Shown piece after piece: positions 7,400 through 15,043 of a DNA stretch of 64,000 bases; position 1 is the first letter of the stretch; each line of letters starts with the position of its first letter. A program made the position numbers and the translations under genes. The notes under the pieces are model-generated. The model did not search any database. It worked only from the letters and a program-made list of their open reading frames with translations, and was not told the DNA's origin. This DNA comes from an uncultured Bacillota bacterium. Lineage in GTDB: Bacteria > Bacillota_I > Bacilli_A > RFN20 > CAG-288. Location of the stretch: positions 13,625 through 77,624 of the forward strand of contig CASDOO010000035.1 of assembly GCA_949282275.1 (NCBI GenBank), written 5' to 3'.

Positions 7400-10300
7400 A
7401 TGAAGAACCTCGTCAAGCTCCGTCTCATCAACTGGCACTACTTCTCCAACACGACGACGGATATCAAGAACATCACCTTCCTCACCGGCCCCAACGGTAC
7501 CGGAAAGTCCACCATCATCGATGCCATGCAGATCCTCATCCTGGGATCGACCCGTCCGGACAACTTCAACAAGGCCGCCAACGAAAAGGGCCGTTCCGGA
7601 AGAAGCCTTCTTTCCTATCTCCGTGGACAGACCGGCGTCAGCGACAACGGCAACGTCATCAACCTTCGTCCCGGAAACTTCACCTCCTACATCGCCATGG
7701 AGATCTTCGACGACCAGGAAGACAGGACCTTTACCCTTGGTGTCGTCTTCGACGTCGATAGCGCCGACAACGTCGACAAGCACTACTTCTACCTGGATTC
7801 CCACTTCCCGGAGAACGGTTTCTCCAACTCCGATACCGAGAGCAATCCCAAGAAGGTCCGTCCCTTGATGTACCGGGAGCTTTCCGCCTATGTCCGCCAG
7901 AACTACAAGGTCAACCACTTCCGCTTCTTCGATACCGACACGGACTACCAGACCTTCACCAAGGAGGCCTTCGGAAACCTCCCCGACAAGTACTTCTCCC
8001 TCTTCAAGAAGGCCGTCTCCTTCGCCCCGATCAGCGATATCTCTTCCTTCATCACGGAATATATCTGCGACGTCGACAAGACCGTCGACATCGAGCCGAT
8101 GAAGAAGAACATCGAGCAGTACAAGATCCTCGAGCTCGAGGCCAAGAACCTCAAGACCAAGGTCGAGTGCCTGACCAAGATCAAGGACACCTTCGATTCC
8201 GTCCGCTCCTACAACAAGCGTCTGGACATGCTCACCTACGTCAATTCCCGTGTCCTCTACGAGGAGGGAAGAAGGAAACTCCAGGGACTCCAGGAAATGC
8301 TCGAGAAGGACAACCACAGGCTGATTGCCATCTCCGACCAGCTTGCCATCTACGATTCCCAGATCGAGGAGCTGAGGAAGGACATGTCCTCCTACCAGGC
8401 CAAGAAGCTCCAGTCCTCCAGCTACTCCCTGACCGAGAAGCTCTCGATGAAGAAGGACAACATCACCAAGCAGATCGCCAGCATCGAGATGCAGGTCTCC
8501 TCCGTCATGACGAAATTGACCCATTATGTCAACGACTATCTGGACGTCTGCCAGAACTTCGTCACCTTCTATTCCCAGTTCGATACCAAGCGTCTTGGCG
8601 GGAAGGTCGCCGCTTCCTTCGACGAGCTCCTTGAGCTTCTGAGGGATATCGTCGGCGAATGCCGCTCGCTTATCGATGCCATCGACACGGACCAGGTCGA
8701 CTTCTCCGCCGTCAAGGCCTTCCGCAACGACATGGAGCATCTCAAGAACCTGGCCATCCAGACGCGCTCCCTCCTCAACGAGGAACTCTACAAGATCGCT
8801 TCCGACCTCCAGTCCCTCCAGAGGGACCTCAGCGAGGTCAATTCCGGACAGAAGCCCTTCTCCCAGCTTGGCCCCAACTACCTCGCCATCAAGAATGCCT
8901 TGGAGACGGCCCTCAAGAGCCGGCATTCGGATAGCTATGTCCATATCTATTGCGACTTGGTCGACGTCAACGATTCCGAATGGACGATGGCCCTGGAAGC
9001 CGTCCTCTTCAACCAGAAGTTCAACTTCTTCGTCAATCCCAAGTACTACGAGGAGGCAAACCGCATCCTCAAGGAACTGGTCGCCAACTACAACTATTAC
9101 CGCGTCTCCCTGGTCGACACGGAAAGGCTTCTTGCCTCCAACATCGTCGCAAACGACGATTCCATCGCACATTTGATCGACACGAAGGACGAGGGCGCCA
9201 GGGTCTATACCGACTACCTCTTGGGACGCATCCGCAAGTGCCAGACCTTCGAAGAGGCCAGGCGTTCCGGATCGGGCCTTCTTTCCGACTGCACCGGCTA
9301 CCGCGGCTTTGCCACCTGGTATCTGAACAAGGCCAATGCCAGGGTCTTCTTCCTTGGGACCCAGGTCTCAAGCGACACCAAGGCCCTCTCCGCAAAGGAC
9401 TACCAGGAGATGAACAGGCGCCATTCCCTCTTTGCCGAGGCCCTCAACAAGATCCAGACCCTATTGACCCTTCCGGTCATGTCCGAGGCGGAACTGCAGA
9501 CCTATCAGGCCGACATCGACAGGACGAGCGAGATCGCCGGACTGCAGCAGAGCCTGAACAACGTCGACAGCGAGATGCACGATGCCTCTATGGGCGACAT
9601 GAACGAGGTCCAGAAGAAGATCGACGCCATCCAGGCCGACATCGACACGCTCAACAGGGAAAGGGAGGACCTCCTTACCGAGAGAGGCTCCCTCATCAAC
9701 GAGACCAGCCGTCTCAATGGCGAGGAAATCCCCATCGCCACCAAGAACATGGAGGACTTCAAGAGGGAGCTCTCCCACTTCGACGAGAAGGTCGTCAACG
9801 AGGAATACGAGCCCTTCTTCAACAAGCTCCTCGACGAGCAGAAGATGACCCTTCCCCAGATCCGCACCGAGGCCAGCAAGGAATACCTCCAGGCCTCCAA
9901 CAAGCAGCGCTACGACAGGGAGAACCTCCTGCGCCTGCGCTCCGACTATTGCGCCGCCTACCACCTCAACTACGACACCACTTCCCTGACGAGCAACGAC
10001 GAGTTCGAAAAGGAACTGGAGAACATCTCCAAGGTCATGCTGCCGGAGTACGAGGAGAAGATCCGCCAGGCCCACGAAGCCTCCATCCGCGAATTCAAGG
10101 ACGACTTCGTCTACAAGCTGAGGACCTCCATCGAGACGGTCCATGCCCAGATCGACGAGCTCAACCAGGCCCTTGCCGACAGCCATTTCGGAAGGGATAC
10201 CTACCAGTTCAAGATCACGCCCAACAAGGACTACATCGAATACTACGACATGATCATGGATCCGCTCCTTCTCAAGGCGGGCGATGCCGAGCAGCTCTTC

Positions 10301-10903
10301 ATGGAGAAGTACAAGACCACCATGGATGACCTCTTCACCCTCATCTCCTCCTCCACTTCCGCCAAGGCCGAGGAAAGGGAGCAGGTCTTCCAGAACGTGA
10401 AGATCTTCACCTCCTACACGACCTACATCCTCTTCGACCTCCTTGTCATCCGCGGCGAGGGCGAGAACGCCCAGACGATCTCCCTTGGCCGTTCCTTCAA
10501 GAGCCAGTCCGGCGGCGAGACACAGACGCCTTTCTACATCGCCATCCTCGCCTCCTTTGCCTCCCTCTGCCGTGCCAACAACCCCAAGGACAACAACACG
10601 CTCCGTCTTGTCATTTTCGACGAGGCCTTCTCCAAGATGGACTCCGCCCGTATCCGCCGTTCCACCGACCTATTGAGGCAGTTTGGCCTCCAGGCGATCC
10701 TCTCCACGCCAAGCGAGAAGCTCAGGGACCTTGTCAGCTATGTCGATTTGATCCTCGTTGCCATCCACGACGACAGGAGGAAGCGCTCCGGCCTGGACGT
10801 CTACCAGGACAAGAAGAAGGCCAGGCAGGAAAACGACAAGGAAGACACGCCTCCGGAAGGGACGCCTTCTCCCTCCGGAGAGGAAATGCCAGCCGTCCAG
10901 TAA
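7400..10903 (+). CDS. SMC-like ATPase of the MukB/MksB/JetC type (1167 aa)
   Basis: N-terminus 'LRLINWHYFSNTT..ITFLTGPNGTGKSTIIDAMQILILG' (Walker A). Long heptad-rich middle with a globular hinge-like segment around residues 520-640. C-terminal 'QSGGETQ' signature and Walker B 'LRLVIFDEAFSKMD'. It starts 3 nt after gene 2. Confidence 0.9.
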   Translation: MKNLVKLRLINWHYFSNTTTDIKNITFLTGPNGTGKSTIIDAMQILILGSTRPDNFNKAANEKGRSGRSLLSYLRGQTGVSDNGNVINLRPGNFTSYIAMEIFDDQEDRTFTLGVVFDVDSADNVDKHYFYLDSHFPENGFSNSDTESNPKKVRPLMYRELSAYVRQNYKVNHFRFFDTDTDYQTFTKEAFGNLPDKYFSLFKKAVSFAPISDISSFITEYICDVDKTVDIEPMKKNIEQYKILELEAKNLKTKVECLTKIKDTFDSVRSYNKRLDMLTYVNSRVLYEEGRRKLQGLQEMLEKDNHRLIAISDQLAIYDSQIEELRKDMSSYQAKKLQSSSYSLTEKLSMKKDNITKQIASIEMQVSSVMTKLTHYVNDYLDVCQNFVTFYSQFDTKRLGGKVAASFDELLELLRDIVGECRSLIDAIDTDQVDFSAVKAFRNDMEHLKNLAIQTRSLLNEELYKIASDLQSLQRDLSEVNSGQKPFSQLGPNYLAIKNALETALKSRHSDSYVHIYCDLVDVNDSEWTMALEAVLFNQKFNFFVNPKYYEEANRILKELVANYNYYRVSLVDTERLLASNIVANDDSIAHLIDTKDEGARVYTDYLLGRIRKCQTFEEARRSGSGLLSDCTGYRGFATWYLNKANARVFFLGTQVSSDTKALSAKDYQEMNRRHSLFAEALNKIQTLLTLPVMSEAELQTYQADIDRTSEIAGLQQSLNNVDSEMHDASMGDMNEVQKKIDAIQADIDTLNREREDLLTERGSLINETSRLNGEEIPIATKNMEDFKRELSHFDEKVVNEEYEPFFNKLLDEQKMTLPQIRTEASKEYLQASNKQRYDRENLLRLRSDYCAAYHLNYDTTSLTSNDEFEKELENISKVMLPEYEEKIRQAHEASIREFKDDFVYKLRTSIETVHAQIDELNQALADSHFGRDTYQFKITPNKDYIEYYDMIMDPLLLKAGDAEQLFMEKYKTTMDDLFTLISSSTSAKAEEREQVFQNVKIFTSYTTYILFDLLVIRGEGENAQTISLGRSFKSQSGGETQTPFYIAILASFASLCRANNPKDNNTLRLVIFDEAFSKMDSARIRRSTDLLRQFGLQAILSTPSEKLRDLVSYVDLILVAIHDDRRKRSGLDVYQDKKKARQENDKEDTPPEGTPSPSGEEMPAVQ

Positions 10904-10912
10904 ACAGGAAAC

Positions 10913-10950
10913 AAGGCTCCGTCCCGCACCGGGAAGGAGCCTTTTCTTCG
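10913..10950 (+). terminator. Rho-independent terminator closing the SMC-like operon
   Basis: ggctccgtcccg-cac-cgggaaggagcc is a 12-bp stem with one mismatch. It is flanked by aa/tt and followed by ttttcttcg. It begins 10 nt after the stop codon. Confidence 0.75.
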
Positions 10951-10997
10951 TCCACGGAAAAAGGCCCCGAAGGGCCCAGTCGGATTGGTTCGATGGG

Positions 10998-11249
10998 CTA
11001 GCCCTTGAGTCCGCGGGCCTGCCTGTCCATGTCCTCGACGACGATGTCATAGATCTCGCCAAGGCTGGAGCAGTATTCCAATACCTTCCACGGCTCGTTG
11101 GTGTGGAAGTGGATCTTGATGAGGCTGTCGTCGCCGACGGCAAGGAGGCAATCGCCCTTGAAGTGGGTGCGGAAGTAGTCGTTGATGGCGTCCTCGTTTA
11201 GGCCCTTGCCTTCGATGAGCAACTGCGTGTCATAGCGGAATTCGATCAT
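10998..11249 (-). CDS. Small stand-alone protein resembling the middle domain of YloV/FakA (DAK2-fusion) proteins
   Basis: 83 aa. 'GDCLLAVGDDSLIKIHFHTNEPWKVLEYCSSLGEIYDIVVEDMDRQ' matches the GDS-LVVGD..vKvHvHT..P..vle...G....i.ieNM..Q pattern I recall for YloV. Strong RBS aaggaga upstream. Confidence 0.55.
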   Translation of the reverse strand: MIEFRYDTQLLIEGKGLNEDAINDYFRTHFKGDCLLAVGDDSLIKIHFHTNEPWKVLEYCSSLGEIYDIVVEDMDRQARGLKG

Positions 11250-11387
11250 GGCTTTTCTCCTTTTTTCCTTAGATTATAGGACAAAGGGAAGGCGGACAGG
11301 ACTTTTTTCTCCGTTTTCCGCCTTCCGGATGCCGAAAACGACATGCGCATCGTATGAAAGAGGGATGCGATTGTAAACCCTCTTTAA

Positions 11388-11436
11388 CTTCTAGCAAACT
11401 TCTAGATAGCTTCTAGGACTTCTAGATAACTTCCAG
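11388..11436 (+). promoter_or_regulatory. Five helically phased direct repeats CTTCYAG upstream of the two-component operon (candidate response-regulator boxes)
   Basis: cttctag at 11388, 11399, 11410 and 11419, and cttccag at 11430, giving spacings of 11, 11, 9 and 11 bp. The extended unit acttctagata occurs twice. Confidence 0.5.
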
Positions 11437-11548
11437 ATGCCATCGTCACGTCCGAAAGACAAAAGGATTGGTCATGATTGCCTTTCCGCGTTAATATTTC
11501 TTTAACATCGCGATGCTATCCTCTTTCGGGATGATCCATGGAGGCGTT

Positions 11549-12220
11549 ATGGTACAGATATTGCTTGCGGAAGACGACAAGGCGCTTAACGAGCTGCTGC
11601 TTTCGGCCTTGAAAAGGGAAGGCTATGCGGTCTTTCCGGCCTTCGACGGAAAGGAAGCGCTCGATATCTTCGAAAGGGAGAAGATCGACCTTTTGGTGAC
11701 GGACGTCATGATGCCGGTGATGGATGGCTTTGCCTTGGCTGGCCGGATACGCGACCTTGACGAGAAGGTGCCGATTCTCTTCCTGACGGCCCTTGATGAC
11801 AAGAACTCCAAGGAAAAAGGCTTCCGCCTCGGCATCGACGACTACGTGGAGAAGCCCTTCGACATGGACATCCTCCTTCTGAGGATCGCCTCCCTTCTGA
11901 GGCGGGCGAACATCCAGATGAAGAAGGAACTTGTCGTCGGCAACCTGCGCATGGACGAGGAGGAGCATACGGCCTATGTCGACGGCGAGGAACTCAACCT
12001 GACCGTCCGGGAATTCGATTTGCTCTTCAAGCTTCTCTCCTTCCCGAAGAAGACCTTCACGAGAGGACAGCTGATGGACGAGTTCTGGGGATACGATTCC
12101 TCCGCCACGAGCCGCACGGTGGACGTCTACATGTCCAAGCTAAGGGAGAAGACGGCGTCCTGCGATGGCTTCCGCATCGTGACCATGCATGGCCTGGGAT
12201 ACAAGGCGGTGCTTTCATGA
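11549..12220 (+). CDS. OmpR/PhoB-family response regulator
   Basis: Receiver domain 'ILLAEDD...DLLVTDVMMPVMDG' and C-terminal winged-helix 'LTVREFDLLFKLL...VDVYMSKLREK'. Start chosen at ATG 11549 (MVQILLAEDD) after ggagg. The track ORF begins at 11513. Confidence 0.9.
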   Translation: MVQILLAEDDKALNELLLSALKREGYAVFPAFDGKEALDIFEREKIDLLVTDVMMPVMDGFALAGRIRDLDEKVPILFLTALDDKNSKEKGFRLGIDDYVEKPFDMDILLLRIASLLRRANIQMKKELVVGNLRMDEEEHTAYVDGEELNLTVREFDLLFKLLSFPKKTFTRGQLMDEFWGYDSSATSRTVDVYMSKLREKTASCDGFRIVTMHGLGYKAVLS

Positions 12221-13272
12221 ACGGGCGAAGGAAATGGCGCTTTTCCATCGCCGGGACGCTGCTTCAGTCGATTTACTTCCTCATCATCGTCACGATCAGC
12301 ATCTGGGTCTACAACAGGGCAGTGGAAACCTTTCCCGGGAGGACGTTCATCGTCATCCTCCTTATTGCCCTCTGTGTTCTCTTCTTTTCCCTGACGAGCG
12401 GACTTATGGACATCGCCCGAAGGAAGTGGACGATCGACCAGCCCGTGGAGAAGATAACCGACTTCACCTCCCTCATCGCCAAGGGCAACTTCAAGAGCCG
12501 CCTTCCCCTCGAGGAGAACCGCTTCTCCCCGCTGGAGTTCTCCCTCATCGCGGACAACCTCAACAAGATGGCCGAGGAACTGGAGAAGAACGAGGTTCTC
12601 AAGGAGGATTTCATATCCAACGTCTCCCATGAGATGAAGACGCCTCTTGCCATCCTTTCGGGCTATGCCAAGGCACTCCAGGATCCGTCCCTTGACGAAG
12701 AGACGCGAAAGAAATACCTCCAGACGATCGAGACGACCGCAAACAATCTCTCTCAGCTTGTCAAGAACATCCTCAGCCTCAGCCGATTGGAGAACCAGAA
12801 GATCCTTCCGAACATGAAAGAAGTCCAGGCCGACGAGATTCTTTCCGAGACCATCCTTCTCTATGAGGAGAAAATCGAGGAGAAGGACATCCAGCTGGAA
12901 TGCGACATCGACGAGATCCGTTTCGTCAGCGAGCCCTCCTTCCTGAAGATCGTCTATTCCAACATCCTTTCCAATGCCGTCAAGTTCACAAGGGAGGGCG
13001 GAAGGATCGTTGTCTCCCTGAAGAAGGAGGGCGAAGAAGCCGTCTTCAGGGTCCAGGACGAAGGCCCCGGAATCGCCAAGGAGAACCTTTCGCATATCTT
13101 CGAGAAGTTCTATCAGGAGGACACCTCCCATGCCAAGGAGGGAAACGGCCTAGGCCTTGCCCTCGTCAAGGAAGTCATCGACCGGCTTGGCGGGACGATC
13201 GAAGTGGAAAGCGAAATCGGCGTCGGGACGACCTTCGTCATCACGCAGAAACTCAAGGAGAAGGAACAATGA
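12217..13272 (+). CDS. Sensor histidine kinase, intramembrane-sensing type
   Basis: Two TM helices separated by an approximately 11-aa loop, then a HAMP-like linker. H-box 'SNVSHEMKTPLAIL' and HATPase motifs 'NAVKFT', 'DEGPGI', 'GNGLGL'. ATGA overlap with the regulator gene. Confidence 0.9.
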   Translation: MNGRRKWRFSIAGTLLQSIYFLIIVTISIWVYNRAVETFPGRTFIVILLIALCVLFFSLTSGLMDIARRKWTIDQPVEKITDFTSLIAKGNFKSRLPLEENRFSPLEFSLIADNLNKMAEELEKNEVLKEDFISNVSHEMKTPLAILSGYAKALQDPSLDEETRKKYLQTIETTANNLSQLVKNILSLSRLENQKILPNMKEVQADEILSETILLYEEKIEEKDIQLECDIDEIRFVSEPSFLKIVYSNILSNAVKFTREGGRIVVSLKKEGEEAVFRVQDEGPGIAKENLSHIFEKFYQEDTSHAKEGNGLGLALVKEVIDRLGGTIEVESEIGVGTTFVITQKLKEKEQ

Positions 13273-13670
13273 GGAACAAAGGCGAAAAAGGCTCTTATTC
13301 CTATCGCGCCCCGACCGACAAGGAGCGAAAGGAAATCGAAGCCATAAGGGAGAAATATCTCGACACGAACATGGCCCCGACGCTGACCCGGATCAAGAAG
13401 CTCGACCGGATGGCCCGGAGGCTTGCCTTCTATCCTGCGCTCATCGTCGGGCTTCTGGGATTCTGTGCCTTTGGCCTTGGGATGGCCTTTTGCCTGGAGT
13501 GGAAAATCCTCCATGTCGGCATTCCCTTGACCATCGTCGGCATCCTTCTTCTTCTTCTGACGGTTCCTTTCCATACCTTCCTGGGCCGGGTGCTGAAGAG
13601 GCGCTTCGGGCCGGAGATCCTTTCCCTGTCGGGCAAGATCCTCCAGGAAGAGGAGAAAAAGGAAGAATGA
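13269..13670 (+). CDS. Small two-TM membrane protein (133 aa), paralog 1
   Basis: ATG 13269 overlaps the kinase stop (ATGA). Charged helical N-terminus, two adjacent hydrophobic helices and a short basic/acidic tail. Confidence 0.7.
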   Translation: MRNKGEKGSYSYRAPTDKERKEIEAIREKYLDTNMAPTLTRIKKLDRMARRLAFYPALIVGLLGFCAFGLGMAFCLEWKILHVGIPLTIVGILLLLLTVPFHTFLGRVLKRRFGPEILSLSGKILQEEEKKEE

Positions 13671-13792
13671 CGTGACGGCTTTTGGCCGTTAACAAAATCC
13701 TTACAAAAAGAATACAAACAAAATACAAAACGTTCACATTGACGCAAAAAAGGCCTCCTAGAATAGTGGTGCAATCGTCAAGGAGGCATACG

Positions 13793-14149
13793 ATGGACGC
13801 AAGGGAAAGAAACTACGTCGAATCCGTCCGCAAGGCCTATTCGCCGGAAGGGAAGGAAGACGACCGATACGTCGAGCTAAGGAAGCTGGAGAAGAAGATA
13901 AAGAGGCCGATCGAGATCCTGGGATTTTTCCTTGGCATCGTCGGCGTCCTGCTTTTCGGATTCGGCTTGTGCATCTGCCTTGGTGCCGTGGAAATCGACA
14001 TTGCCATCGGCATCGTCCTGGGCCTTGTCGGCCTTGCCGTCGTCATCGTCAACTATCCGTTCGGAAGGCACCTTCTTGAAAGAAGGAAGAAGCGCTACGC
14101 CAAGGAGGTCCTTGACCTTACCGACTCGCTTCTCAACATCAAGGAATAG
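13793..14149 (+). CDS. Small two-TM membrane protein (118 aa), paralog 2
   Basis: ATG 13793 follows aaggagg. It aligns by eye with paralog 1, e.g. 'LGFFLGIVGVLLFGFGL' vs 'IVGLLGFCAFGLGM', and 'RRKKRYAKEVLDL' vs 'LKRRFGPEILSL'. Confidence 0.7.
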   Translation: MDARERNYVESVRKAYSPEGKEDDRYVELRKLEKKIKRPIEILGFFLGIVGVLLFGFGLCICLGAVEIDIAIGIVLGLVGLAVVIVNYPFGRHLLERRKKRYAKEVLDLTDSLLNIKE

Positions 14150-14163
14150 GGAGGGCTTGGAAA

Positions 14164-14955
14164 ATGGATCTTTTCCGGAAGGTTTTCTATCCGATCGAAT
14201 CCCTCGTCTACTTCGTCTTGATGGTCCTTGCCGTAACGACCATCTGCGGCGCGACGCACTATTGGGACGTCACCCAGGCCCAGACCATTGTCATTGCCAC
14301 CGTCTCGGGCATGATCGGCGTCTTCGCCCCGGCCATCGTGGAGAAACTCTTCAAGATCAAGTTCTCCCACCTGATCGACATCATCATCGCCGTTGACCTC
14401 TTCGCCGCCGTCATCCTGGGCGAGGCCTTGACCCTCTACTACTATTTCCCGGGTATGGACAAGATCTTCCACTTCTTCGCCACGGCCGAGCTTGCCCTGG
14501 GTGGCTATGTCGTTGCCAAGTACTTCCTCAGGAAGACGAACAAGGGATCGCATCAGGTCCTCTTCGCCCTTGTCTTCGCCTTCTTCTTCGCCATCGCCTT
14601 CCAGGCCTTCTGGGAACTCTATGAATTCACCTTCGACCAGATCGCCGGCACGAACATGCAGAAGTACATTCCTTCCGAGTTCTACGACAGGATCGACGTC
14701 GACGGCAACCTCCAGCTCTCCCAGGAGGAAATCGCCGCCTTCTATAGTCAGTTCGGCGGCTACCACTTCGCCCTCGAGGATACGATGTTCGACTTCGTCG
14801 CCGATATCCTTGGCGCCCTGACGGGCTGCGTCGGCTGCGCCGTCGCCTTCCACTTCTATCCCCAGCTTCAGGACCATATCATCTATCGTCCCACGGAAGG
14901 CGTGATCCTGGACGAGGCGAAGGAAGGCAACCTCAACGAGAAGAGGCAGAATTAG
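14164..14955 (+). CDS. Multi-pass membrane protein of unknown function with an EF-hand-like loop
   Basis: 263 aa with about six hydrophobic segments and RBS gggaggg. The loop 'DVDGNLQLSQEE' lies between TM segments. Confidence 0.7.
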   Translation: MDLFRKVFYPIESLVYFVLMVLAVTTICGATHYWDVTQAQTIVIATVSGMIGVFAPAIVEKLFKIKFSHLIDIIIAVDLFAAVILGEALTLYYYFPGMDKIFHFFATAELALGGYVVAKYFLRKTNKGSHQVLFALVFAFFFAIAFQAFWELYEFTFDQIAGTNMQKYIPSEFYDRIDVDGNLQLSQEEIAAFYSQFGGYHFALEDTMFDFVADILGALTGCVGCAVAFHFYPQLQDHIIYRPTEGVILDEAKEGNLNEKRQN

Positions 14956-14968
14956 ACTTTCCAAGACA

Positions 14969-14996
14969 GGGCAGGCCAAAAAGCCTGCCTTTTTTC
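14969..14996. terminator. Hairpin terminator between convergent genes
   Basis: ggcaggc-caaaaa-gcctgcc followed by tttttt. A second imperfect hairpin at about 15009-15033 serves the minus-strand gene. Confidence 0.6.
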
Positions 14997-15043
14997 GTGC
15001 AAAGGAAAAGCCCCGGCACTCGGCCGAGGCTTGTAGACGTGTC

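Noticed and set aside
6623-9172. 849-aa ORF on the minus strand spanning the jetB-like and jetC-like genes
   Set aside because: It is exactly antisense to two well-supported genes. Its composition is extremely biased (G/D/E/V/L-rich) and it has no RBS. It is stop-free only because the sense genes use C/G-ending codons.
8950-10329. 459-aa plus-strand ORF inside the SMC-like gene, in another frame
   Set aside because: It is an Arg/Pro/Gly/His-rich off-frame translation of the real gene. It has no independent start context.
11388-11436. The CTTCTAG repeat array as a CRISPR or minisatellite
   Set aside because: The units are only 7-11 bp with no unique spacers, so the array is far too short for CRISPR. 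The phasing and location fit transcription-factor boxes better.
10904-11512. Search for a jetD/mksG remnant downstream of the SMC-like gene
   Set aside because: Only a terminator, a convergent 83-aa gene with its own RBS, and a promoter/repeat region are present. No frame shows Toprim-like (E...DxD) or other extended protein-like sequence.
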